Below, in pieces: positions 1-12,439 of a stretch of 64,000 bases of DNA (positions are counted from its first letter, which is position 1; every line of letters begins with the position of its first letter). The notes under the pieces are model-generated. The model saw only the letters and a program-made list of their open reading frames with translations. It was not told where the DNA came from and did no database searches. Origin of the DNA: Balanoglossus misakiensis (lineage: Eukaryota; Animalia; Hemichordata); assembly GCA_040954595.2 (NCBI GenBank), contig CM082590.2, forward strand, positions 11,346,655 to 11,410,654, in the 5' to 3' direction. A program made the position numbers and the translations under genes.

Positions 1-412
1 CTATTCCTGTCCATGTTTTTATTGTGACATTTCAAACATTAAAGTTATTTTCACTATCTGCATAATGTTTCTGAGTTGTGTTGTTATACACTTTCATCCT
101 CGCATTTCAAAAATTACATAGACTTGATTTTTGCAACATGTTTCTGAGTTGTGTGTTATCCTACAGATTTGTGTTATAAGGGTTTTCATCATGACATTAC
201 AAAAATTAAAGTTGCTATTGCAAACCTTAAATGGACTGGATTTCATCAAGAACATGTTTCAGAGTTTGAGTAAGCCTACTGATCTTTGTTATACTTTTAA
301 CAAATAAAATTCATAATTTTAATTACAAGCTGATCCTCAAGGTTCTGAGTTTCTATCCCCCCCCCCCCCCTCCCATATACAGTATCCGTCTTAGAATGAA
401 TTAGCTTTGGCA

Positions 413-604
413 TTCAAAATGGCCGCCAAGTTTAAAGTGGTGATTGATTGAGATTTAAATTGTCTAAACTTTGGGTTTCAAAATGGCCGCCAAGTTTAAA
501 GTGGTGATTGATTGAGATTTAAATTGTCTAAACTTTGAGTTTCAAAATGGCCGCCAAATTTCAAGTAGTGATTGAATAAAATTGAAATTGTCTCTAAACT
601 TTCA
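413..604. repeat. Tandem repeat, about 3 copies of a 64-bp unit
   Basis: TTCAAAATGGCCGCCAA.TTT.AAGT.GTGATTGA.. begins at 413, 477 and 541; the third copy is more degenerate. Confidence 0.9.
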
Positions 605-1081
605 AAAACATTTGGCTTACAGGGTTGGCTGATATGCTGAAGTTGTCATGGCAATCTTGTACCTAAATTTTAATTGTCTTTTATATTCCTGTAGTTCAGC
701 AGTTTTGAAGGATCTGAAACAAGAATATTAAGACTGAACAGATTTGGTATTGTCATGCAAGACTTAAGTTGTATGATACCGGTAAGTGCAACTATTTGCA
801 GGAATAATGCGGTCGTCACTGAGGTGTGACTAAGTTTAATTTTCATTTAAAACCGTAGGGAAAATTGAATGGTGGGCTGTTGGACTTAGACATACCGTTG
901 TCAAAAAAGCTTTACAACAGAGAGAACTTGATCGAATCACTTTATTTCCCGAAAACACTCTCAGGTAGAGTTATAGTAAAAAGGCAAAAAAAAAAAAGTA
1001 ACATCAACAAACAATGATTGTCACTGCCACTGGACAATTAAGTACTCAATATGAAACACAAATCCAAACATCAAACTCATG

Positions 1082-3085
1082 TCAGTTTTTTTTCTTGCAA
1101 TAGTAATCTTCATTTAAAAGATCACTTCTTCCAGTTAGAAAACACTCAAACCCCGCTTCTGTAAGCATTTCTAGAGCCTTTTCCCTCCCCCACATTGCTC
1201 CTAACCCAAAACTATCAGCACCACAGGACAACGATGTTGGCATACATCGGAAGAGACTGATGGTGTATAAGAAAGGTGCCCAAGGATGATCAAGATTATC
1301 AGCATGTTTGGTATGAGCTGCGATATCTTTCATCAAGAAATAACCATCATCTTTAATGAGATTTTTTATGCCTGACAAAAGTTTATCAGGACGGCCAACA
1401 TCATGAATGACATCTACACAATAGATGAGATCAAACTTCATTTTAAATTCGTCAATTTCGGCCATCTTTATCGCATCACCAAGGTGAAAGGTCACGTTGG
1501 TCAGTTCCATATTGGATGCGCGACACTTGGCTGCTGCAATTGGTTTCTCAGCCATGTCAATTCCATGGAATTCACAGTTGGGAAAGTCACGTGCCAGATA
1601 ACAGAGAGCAGCACCACTACCACATCCAACATCACAAACAACGGATGACGTCTCTGCATTGACATGGAAAAAAGTATACATCAAGTTATTGAACTGTCCA
1701 ATAAGGTAGGACATGCACTTTCTTATTGCTTCAAAATCACCATGCACATTATTTATTTGTGTGCTTTCAATTTAACTTCTGTTGTGGAAAGTTGATGTTT
1801 AGTAACGTCTCATGTGCTGGAAAACATTGGAAACTCACCTAAAATACTTTTAATGTCTTCATTATTTGTGAGAAATACTGGAGGCCGGTCTTTTAAACTT
1901 CGTGTTGCTAGCGCATCTGTCCAAGGAGGATGCAATGTGTATCTGTGGTAAGGAACTCCTGTAGATAATAAAAACAATTACATTTGTATAAAGATACAAT
2001 TTTTTAGAAGAACTAGTGTTACAGGTGGTGACCAGGTAAATATTAGCAGGGTTCCCTTCAGTATCAATACGTTCATATTAGTGGGTAGTTGAAGTGATAC
2101 TGGGTTTCCCAAATATTTTTTTTTGTAGATTGACAAATGTTTTTATAGCAGTGATGTATTAATTTTATTAATTTTGGTATTTCAATATGTTAAACTTTCT
2201 TTTATCATATAATCAAATTTAATACAATATACTGTACAATTAGGGTTTATAATACTTATATATACTTCTGTGCATACCCATCTGTATGGGCTTATATTAA
2301 TACAGTTTGTGGCAGCTCATAAAATGGTCAAATTAATGGTTCAAAGTATGGGACTCTTGAAACGCAAGAGTTGTAGATTTAGAGTTGAGCAGATCAGCTT
2401 CAAATAAGAAACTGTTTTGTTTACACGTACCATTTGGTCCATCTTTTTGGAAGCAGTTCACAATCTCTTTGTATAACTCGCACACCATCGGAATTCCTTC
2501 ACACATCACAGCCATAACACCAGCGCCGTCTCGCGTACAAAGTGTGTTGTGTCGATGTACAGGCAGATAATAAGTATCATCATCAGAATTCACTTCTACA
2601 ATTCCAGCAACCACCATAGCACCAAGCCATTCCCTCACGTATCTAAGCAACAATTTAGAGGAAAAAAAACAAGGAAAGTATTATGTCAGGATTAATGAAT
2701 ATCATATGGAAATTTCAAACAAATTTAATGATCAGTGCCTATCAAGTAGTTGACAGCCTTTGGCTCTTCAGGTTAGCGAGAAGTGGGGAAAATTCTGTTC
2801 TGTTATCTGTATCATTTCTGACTTGGTCTCTTTGCTCTTTGGTCCAAAGTTCATAAATACAATCTATATATACACAGCATGCTAATTAACTCACCTCTCT
2901 TTGAGTCCAGCGGCGTCTGCGATTTCACGTGAGGTTTTTGCATCCCGAAACGTTGCCATGGTATTAAAGAGTCCTGTGGCTGATCCCACTGCGATACTGA
3001 CAGCAGAAAAACCAGCCTGAACCGTTCCAAACATCCGTTTCTCAAATGTTTCTGCGGTTTCATTCTTGTCCTTGCTACTAGCCAT
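1082..3085 (-). CDS. SAM-dependent methyltransferase, Rv2258c-like (N-terminal winged-helix plus class I MTase domain), 364 aa, 4 exons
   Basis: Exons 3085-2895, 2642-2431, 1958-1839 and 1653-1082, all GT-AG and in frame (1095 nt). Motifs: AGLKERYVREWLGAM (wHTH), VCDVGCGSG (motif I), FHGIDM, DVIHD, CMPTSL..GLGAMWG. Confidence 0.9.
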
Positions 3086-5065
3086 TGTGGGTGTTAAACA
3101 TGGACCTTAGCATAGTGCACTATCAGCTCTGTTGACAGGTTCAGGGGGCGGAGGTTTTAATTGGCCAGGGGTCACTTCTCAGTTTGCTCCAAGGCTCTTC
3201 ATGAATGCGCCCTCAACCATTTAGCAAAGGAGAAGCACCATATGGTGTTGTGTAGCGAACCTTATGCAATCAGACCATAAGCCCGTCAGGACGGCGAGAG
3301 GGGCTGTGAGAGAGTCTAGGGGTCTTGCAAGTTTAGACTGAAGTGGTCATTTGCAGTGATGTAAAGAAAGTGTCATTTCCACAGTATTTATTATCGTTAG
3401 AATTCCGTTGTTGCCTTTGTGTGTCACATAGCATGCAATGTCTTGGGGAATTATGAATACATACGTGATTGTTTGAGCACAGATACATGTCCATTCACAC
3501 AAAAGACTGGTATTATCTGGTCAACAAGTTGTTGTGACTGATTCAATAGTTCTTTCATTCCTTTCACATTTATTCACAAAAATTAAAATGACATAGTACT
3601 GTACGTACCACTTCACATAAACTCACAATTTCATTCAGGATGTACGGAAAATGAGTTGAAATAACCTGAAAACTGGAAGAAATATTTCTGAGTAAGCTGG
3701 TCACCAGACTATTTGACCTTTGACTCACAGGAAAGGCTTGACAAATTTTAGCTCCTTCTTGTGAAATGGTGATTGTAGAGACAAAAATTCAGTAAATCCA
3801 AAAAAATAACTTCATTTCAACAAAATGACAATAAAACATTCCGTACAACCTAACAACAGGTATTGGTATGTATCAATTTACATTCTGAGTATAATGATTT
3901 GCTTGAATTTTATCACAAAAAACTGTAATGCCTGTTTCAGCTGTTTTGAAAACCATTTGAAGTTCAGACCTTGACTGCTAATTTAGGCAAATTCTACAAA
4001 GAACCTGAATAATAAACCATGTAATAAGTATATAAATTCTGATTCCCTGGCCTGTATGCTGTAAGACTATAATGAAAAGTCCCGAAGCAGTACAAATTAT
4101 AAAATTCCCATAGCAACTATTTACATGATTTCATATCAATAACATGAGGTCAATGCATTGTGGGGTGTTTAATTTACAGTGTGATAGGGCTCCCAAGTTT
4201 AGAGCGAAGCCATTTGCATTTTTACCTTTGGGTGTTTGCAATATGAAAATAGTAAAGTATGTTGAACATGTATTCTTACTACAAGATACTTAATTCCACA
4301 AACAAAACCAAGATGTTTTATTCTGTGACAAAACACCAAAATATCTGTGTACAGTGACATTACCCTTTTTATTATCCCTGTTTCCGTAACATGACTGTTC
4401 GGTTTGACATCAAAGTTTTTAACAGAATAGTAAGACCTTTAGTATAATTAAATTAGCTAAATACAGATGAATGTTTCTGAAAAAGTCACAACACAATCGT
4501 GTATCCCTGTTTCAAAAAAAAAAACTAAAATAAGATGCAAACAAAATAAAGAAAGACTGTGCGCTTGTCTTAATTAAAGCAAGTACTGCTTTTATTTGTT
4601 TTTTAAAGCAAGTAAAATTTCACCTGGAAACAAAAAAAAACAAAGTTTATATCTAGGAATCCTCATTTCAAAATTCTAGCTATTTGAGAAATTCCTGATA
4701 TTTAACAAAATGAGTTGTTAACTCTAGCACACCATTCTCTAATATTTGTGAAAATGCTGATATCCACACAGTCTAGTAAACCAATCTTGCAGTAACCAGT
4801 ATTTCCGATAGTAAACAGTCTCTACGTTCTCAAAATGATTGTGCAGTGCATGTAAACATAAACATAAACAATAAATGCAACCTTCACACATAAATGTCGC
4901 TCAACACTTCATCTCGTACCTTTTTTTAATTTAGCGTAGCTACAAGTACAAATTATTTGAATGATGCATAAATCCAGTTACAATAACATGAGTTTCTGCC
5001 AACAAAATATGATTTCATGTGTGGTCAGGGTACATCTTCAGGTGCATACGTGGAAAACCACAGGG

Positions 5066-5116
5066 TCACATGACCTCATTTGGAGGTCACATGACCTCAC
5101 TGAAAGTCATATGACA
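5066..5116. repeat. Short tandem repeat (19-bp period, GGTCACATGACCTCA core, about 3 copies) just past the distal GPD1 stop
   Basis: ggtcacatgacctcatttggaggtcacatgacctcactgaaagtcatatgacacc. Confidence 0.7.
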
Positions 5117-5130
5117 CCATAATCAAGAGA

Positions 5131-8100
5131 TTACAGATGTTCTGGGTGATCATGGAGACATCTGATCATTTCTTGTGGTGGTAGGTCGGAATTACAAATA
5201 TGGTATATCGATGTGAACAGGGGAAACCTGAAAACAAATAAAAGCGAAGATATCATTTTGAGGTAAAATTTATCTTGTGCAGGTGTTAACATTTTATGAG
5301 TGTACTGTGTAAAAATATGTTAAAACATTTTAAAATTCTGTGTGTACAGGCAAGTGTAATATTTGAAACGTATGTCAAAGTTTCAGTAGGGTATTGCTTT
5401 CTTGAATGTCATATGTTGTGTACCATGTGATATAAGTTGTGTACCATGAGACATTCATTGTGTACCATGTGACATTAATTGTGTACCATGTGACTTTCCA
5501 ATTGTATACAATGTAACATACTGATTGTGTGCAATGTTGTAATATCCTGTAGGTGACCTTTTATGTAAGATATATTGACAATATGGAACTGTTGTTGACA
5601 AAATACGTGCGAAAATAATATCATGGCAAAGATAACTGTGAAAATATTTATTAATCCATAGAAAGCCAACAGAACAACAAATAATGAAATAATATGTTAA
5701 AAATAAAGTCTAGGGAGACAAACTTTGACCAGTTGGAAAGGATGTCTTTTTTCAGACAAAATAAGTAGAAACAAAGGTGGATTGTGTACAAAATAATGAT
5801 ATGATATAAAAGATACTCGGCAAAGGCAAATAATAATTAGGAATTATAATCATTGTGCTAATCACACATTGTTAACTAACAATTTTTTTAACACACCGTA
5901 CACCCGTAGCAACCACCATACACTAGAAGTATTCATTAACCATTGTTTACTGAGATTAAACCCGAATGTTTAGAGACCAACAAGGTAGTTAGATACCAGG
6001 TTAAGAAGGAAAAGTCCACACGCAGAATCAATGTGTTTAGATCAGGAAACAGAGTGAGTGTATGGGCATGTGAAAAGCAGCAATTGGGAATTGTGGGTAT
6101 TTGTTAGGACGCTAAAGGCAGTTATGCGAATAACACCGTCACCCAGAAATGTTAGCACAGCACTACAACTAACAGGCAAAGCAGAACTAGAAGTGCATTT
6201 GCAAAGCTCACCACTAATTTACATACAACATATTCTACAGCAATGATTGGTGCTCAGGATGGGAAAGAAGGCATTGTATCATCTGATTGGCTGGCATGCC
6301 ATCACTGCATATCTTATGCACTGCTGTAAATAATGGAAACCTGTATAAAGAGCAAAGTATGGGCAGAAGAGTTGTCAAAACATGGGAATACATGGTACAG
6401 GGCACATTAAACAATAACAAACAACACAAAATATGGATACACATAACAGAAGTATGAAGACATGGTACAGGACACATAATATGCATCAGAGAAGACGATA
6501 GGAAGAGAAGAGAATAAAATAAGTCAGAATAAGACATAGATGATGCTGGGATATGAGAAGAAATATTGTCTGGGAAAAGCAGAGTGGGGAAAAGAAATGG
6601 TAGGGAAGGAGGTTTCCAGGACAACTTCAAGCAAAAGTGTCACGTCAATCGGACAAAAGGAAAGTTTCAGGGGAATTGGAGAAGAGCATGCTTGTATTGG
6701 GAAGAAACTTTGAGTGATCTGTTGGTGAGACCGAGACAGCCAGAAGCGAACATGGACGGAGTGGGTTGTAGATGTCAGATGCAGATTGGAGGTACAACCG
6801 GCCCACCAGTCAGGATGGTACAACCGGCCCACCAGTCAACGAACTCACCAGTCATGAACTGACCCGTTAGGGAAGTGCACAGCTGGAAAACCACAGACAG
6901 ATTTCAAGACAGGCCTGTAACAAGCCCTGGGAAACAGTATACTACAAGGTCTGTAATATTTTAATCCACTTCAGCATATGGACAGACCTGTATACAGTGA
7001 TGTAATTTCTTGAACACAGGTACCATTAACCAAACTTGAACCATGCTGCCCTACACCAGATTGATTTCTGACCAGCCCCATTCACCCATCATCACAACAA
7101 ATCCCAAGTTACTTACTTATCTTCCATATCTTTGTTCTTCAACATGAAATTGACTTCTCTGGCAGTGTGTGGTCCCTGTAGACTCTGCCCGTTCAACATT
7201 TCAATTTCCAGTTGTTTGATTGGCTGATGACACAATAAGAGATAACGAATGAAATGCCAGGAATTCAGTTTTGTAATTTCAAGAAGTACAAATATAGCTC
7301 AGACTATCCAAGGGGGAGATTTAGTTGTTACTGATGTTTGCTAAACAATTGTTGGCTGGGATCATCGTACCTTTCCTGTCTTGACGAACGCCTCTGCAAC
7401 TCTTCGATTACGACCTCCGTAACATGTTGTAACAAGATCACCAACACCGCAGCTTTCAAGAAACGTATCTGTCTTCACTCCTTCGTAGAATGTCTGCGCA
7501 AAGACGACCATTTCCATCAATCCAAGACGGATGACCGCAGCTTTTGTGTTGTCACCGTAACCGAGACCATCGACAATACCAGCACCTACAGCGACAACAT
7601 TCTGTAATGACAATAATTTCTGATTGTGACATGGATAATTATGGTCAATCTTTGGGGTATCGCATGGACCATGCATGGGGCTATCTACTCTTGTCACCTC
7701 TGGACAGTTCAAACCATTCAGTGTTCTTTGCAAAGCTATGAAAGCATTGTTACATTCACAATGCTGCCATTTTTGCCCATGTCCTCATAATTCTCCTCCA
7801 ACACTTCTATTTTGACCCACAACTCTTCGATTTGTTGACATGTGTTTGTATACCCCAACTCAATGGTCAACTTCCAGACGTCTCATTCAAAGAACAAGTC
7901 AACTGATACTTTAGCTTGCATGTTCAGTTTTTGTCAGACTACACACAGAATGTACCTTGTTCAATGGTAAAACAATTACCTTGAGGGCGCCACACAATTC
8001 AACCGTTGTGGCATCGCCGACGACAACGCATCTGAATGTCTCTGTTTCAAATAACTCTTTCAGACGTGGTCCATATTCCTCTTTAACAACACCTGTAAAT

Positions 8101-11100
8101 GTAATGTGATTATTATGATCAAAACAAGCACTCAGTTATATGTATGGACATATTATTGTAACTATTAAGCTAACTAGAGACACTATAACCATGCATGTAT
8201 ATCCACCTGGCAAAGTATTCACATGATTCATGTTCCAATACAGTAGATTGCAAGACTTCAGATCTTAATCAGGTGACAATCACATGACAGTCACATGACT
8301 CACCAATGGTAGTTTCACAGAAATTTCCAGCAGCCACCTCAGGTGCAAGATTGGCTCCCATTAAAACATTACAATCAATTTTTAGCGTTGATGAGATGAG
8401 CTGTGATATCAACTGCAGGCCTTTGTCTTTGATGTTTAATCCCTGAAAAATACAATAAATTTCAACAAATGTTTCAATCACATCTTGTTACACTTCAGAA
8501 ATAGCTATGAAATTCACAAAAATCTTCCAGCTATGGAGTAACGGCAAAGCTACCTGTGTAGTAAAACTAGCAATTAGTTTTGATTACATGTGTGTTGACA
8601 AAGCTCACATTCATACACAGTTTAATTGCTCTTCGGAAGATATTGTGTGAATTCAACTTTGTAGCATAGTGTGATTTTTGGAGCACACAAACTACAATAT
8701 CGTAGCATCTACAATATAACTTGCGTTAGCTGATTCAAAAGGGTGTTTTCAAGGTTTAAGCACACACAGGAACAATTGGCATCACTGGTACTTCATGCAA
8801 CTAGAGATAAATTATGAAAGTTTGATCTGGGAAGTCAATAACCTGTTGGATAAACTAAGTGTGGGCAATCAGATCGCCATATGTACTAATGAGATATGAT
8901 GATGATGTGCTAACACTTGCTAACCCACGGCTGAGGCTGGTCTGGTGTTAGCCCAGGGCTGACCCACTCAGAAACTTACTTCAGTTCTGTAGTGTAGTGA
9001 AGTTTGTGAATTGGTTTGATCTCTGATGACGGTTTGGGTGTGATTCTAGGTGATCTTTTCAGGTTATTGTCAGTTTGTTGTTTGTTGAAGAACTTTCTAT
9101 TTTAGAGGCGTCAAGGGTGAAATCGAATTCAGGCAGTAGCATCAATAAACAGCTTCCACTGGATTTTTTTAATTGACATGCAAGCAAGGGTTAGAATGCA
9201 AATAAAGACTGCGATCATTGACATACTAGTATGCAAATGATTTGTGAATTTTGACATACAGTATTGTAGTTGGTCCTTGCATTCTTTCTGTTAGTGGTTT
9301 TTCCATTCTGTTTTTTATCTCTCTGTTTTATTCTAGTTGTGTTGATTGGTCCTGTATCACACTGCACCTGCAGATAGCAATCAGCAGAGGTCAGTCATTT
9401 TTAATAATGACCTTTGATTTAGGGCAATATACAGAATATTAACCTTTATTTTAGGGCCATAACAATGTTTGATTCAGTGTAATAATGTGAATATGAGTCA
9501 GAATGATGTGGTGAGATAATGACCATTGGCTTTTCAGTATCATGTGACAAGCACATGATACTGAACCAATAATTATCATGATGGGGAGGGTTATGCGTAC
9601 CTTTATGAGGGACACTGCAATACTGGTTGGCTTGATAACATCTTTGAGCTGTTCACAAATACCTCCTACAAATTGATGCGGCACTACAAAGACTAGAATA
9701 TCAGCACCTGCTGCAGCTGTCTTTACATCTGGTACTGCCACCTGTAGAACAACCAATTATGTGTAAGCGTTGATATCATTTTTATATTTTACTCACTCTG
9801 GTGATGATCAACCATATTAGGTTGGAAGTTTCTGTGAAGCAAGTTTCAAACAAATATCTGGACATGTTTTATATTGAAAGCTCATTAAATTAAGCAAATT
9901 GCACTGGTATAATTGTACTTACCACATTATCAGGAAGTTTAAAACCAGGCAGATATTTAACATTTTCATGTTCTGTGTTTATAATTTCAGTTAATTTCTT
10001 GCCATTGACTGTCTCTTCAAACACCCACATATCAACACGTTTCTCAAACTTTGAATTTCCCAAAACATTATTTCCTACAATCCTAGCAATAGCAGAACCC
10101 CTGCAAAGAAAAAGAAAGTTCAGAGTGAAGGATAAATTAATTGACACTTTGAACTAAATTTGCAAATAATCAAATGCAGTGTATGGTGATGTGTAATGCT
10201 TTGATTGACATGATATTAAGTGTGGGGAGGGGAGGCTGGGGACACACCCTTCATTGTATTAGATCAAAGTGGTAGACAATTCTGTTGTGTCTATATATCA
10301 AGTATATTGATTTGGATACATTTCATTTTCACAAGAAGTGATAATAATTTCAGTGCCTTATACCAGTCACCCTGCCACGGCCCCAGGTATTTGTAAATCC
10401 AAATGGATGGCCTCAGTACTTCAACACTGTTCAGAATGTTCAGCTAATCCCCTCTACTCTGTTATGCACATCTGTTGCAATCAACAAATCTTTCAGGCCA
10501 GACAAGAATATATTCAACACAAACTGTAGTTCTAAGTTTCTGTATGAGTAGGTTGACCCAGTGTGTGACAGCTTTAAAGTTAGACGTGTCCTGACAGTGT
10601 CTTTATGTCAGTGAACACATATAATTCACAAGTAATCTGTTCTGTATCTGCAGACATCTTGCATGTAAATGTGTTGCTATTGGTTAAAAATCTGACAGTA
10701 TTGACATTTCCAATTCAATGCAAATTTTTGTTGTCATCTATGAGTATTGCCTGTCAAAGTCAGCCATGACACACATTAATCATTGATAACACAAAATGAC
10801 AATCTTAGAGGGTCCAGTAAATGTCACAGTATATACCAGTCCCCACCCCAGGGGAACTGTCAGGTGCATCTTGGGAAGAGGGCTGTTCTAGTACCTCCAC
10901 TGTCTGTAATAATTTTCCCTAAAAAGCAGTTTGTAAATTCAACATGTTTGCCTGGATAGTATTTAAATATCATATTTTAGGCTAAAGTGCTGGACTGGTT
11001 GTTCTGGAGTTTATCTGCACAGGGCTAAAGTCCGACAATATGAAAGATGCTTGATCTTTGACCAGACAAAAAACCTGGAGTGGCGACGCGATAGAGACCA

Positions 11101-11669
11101 CGTTAGTTTACAGAACATTAAATAATTCCTGATACAAAGTGCAGTTGACACGTGGCTACAAATCTCTCATTATGGTTACAGGTACTAATACTACTATTAC
11201 ACACGTCAACGTGTGGAGTGAGCGTCGATCGCGACACTTTTCTCGATTTGTTCACCAAGTTCACATAATTTCCCATTGTCTGTGGGTCTTGATAATCATG
11301 TGAGGGAAGTGTGGAAACACATTATGGGGGTAAATTTTCTGAAAGATGACGATGAACCGTGCAAGTTGTGTAGTGACTGAGTCTGTGCGTTGACAAGGTG
11401 AAAGTTAACATTCTCAACCAATGTCGTGTTGTCATGTCGACACATTGCACGCGACTCAACTAACAATAAGACATTACCAAATATTATGTAACTACCAGGA
11501 AGGACTGCCATTGTATTTTTGTAATGCATGGCTTGCGCCGATCGCTCGTTCGTGCACAAATGGTTTTAGGTAACCTCCTTTTAAGATCAATACACAATGC
11601 CTCTCAAGGTTTTTTTTACACATACCAATTTCCCGATCCTACGATACAAACTTTAGCAGGCGACGACAT
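5131..11669 (-). CDS. GPD1: Cytosolic NAD-dependent glycerol-3-phosphate dehydrogenase (GPD1/GPD1L family), 349-aa isoform using distal terminal exon 8B
   Basis: Exons 11669-11626, 10100-9923, 9741-9601, 8442-8304, 8092-7980, 7601-7371, 7223-7117 and 5227-5131 (1050 nt). Motifs: [86 protein letters not shown]. Confidence 0.96.
5417..5493. repeat. Tandem repeat, 4 copies of a ~21-bp unit (TTGTGTACCATGTGA core)
   Basis: ttgtgtaccatg recurs four times at 21-bp spacing. Confidence 0.8.
6235..6340 (-). CDS. GPD1: Alternative proximal terminal exon 8A of GPD1 (352-aa isoform ending HPEHQSLL)
   Basis: Acceptor tatacag|GTTTCCA, same phase as 8B; encodes [34 protein letters not shown]. An AATAAA on the minus strand at 5652-5647 lies between the two exons. 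Confidence 0.88.
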
Positions 11670-12439
11670 GATGGAATATCTTCTGAATAATAATGGAAAC
11701 CCAGCGATGTGTTGATTGGTGGATACTTGTTGGCAGGTGCGAACAGCTCTTGCAGCGATATTTGCAAAATGACGGCTACAATCGACTACGCGTCTCAAAT
11801 AATGCATATTGCCGGTAACCTTTGACCCCAACCTTTATCATCTCGTCGTAAGCGAGATCCCGAACAGCGCCTCCAACGTCGCCAATAGATGACGATCAAA
11901 GATAACGTTTTTTCGTGCAGATGCTTTGCAGTAGGGATGTTTCTGATTCTAAAACAAAGATAGTCTACTTACTGTCTGTGATTTAAAACAAACGTTATTA
12001 TTATTTACGAGGAATTCCCGTTCAGTTTTCAGCAATGTTGACGTCGGTAATGTATGCGATATGATGGAACTTGAAAATGGCCGAAAGCGTTTCAGTCAAA
12101 GTCTGGGAATATATTCTTGTCAAAATTACGTTGTGAAGCACAAAAAGACTCCCACAGTCCTTCATATCAGTTTTCTTTTAAAAGCGAAGATTTTATTGGG
12201 TAAAAACGGAATAAGAGATAAAATGTCAATAGGACTTATCTGTTCGCTACAAACAGCGGCATCTTTGCATGGTTAGCCCAATAATACCTGAGACGAATAT
12301 ACTAGTAGTCTCAGCTAATACGCGTACGCAATAAAGATTTTACCACTAGTCTGCGAAGGTGTCCACGGGGAATTGGTACTCATCTTTGACGTCATCACAT
12401 CATCATAACTATTTTGGCACGACACTATTTTTAAAAGTC

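Noticed and set aside
413-604. 64-bp periodic repeat as a CRISPR array
   Set aside because: The whole unit repeats with no unique spacers, there are no cas genes, and the context is eukaryotic.
1045-1084. Stop-codon readthrough of the methyltransferase (TGA-C context)
   Set aside because: The extension is short (HEFDVWICVSY*), has no targeting signal, and lacks the TGA-CTAG context.
6524-6862. Overlapping ~100-aa ORFs in GPD1 intron 7
   Set aside because: No recognisable domain; the region includes a short direct repeat (gtacaaccggcccaccagtca x2) and low-complexity purine-rich sequence.
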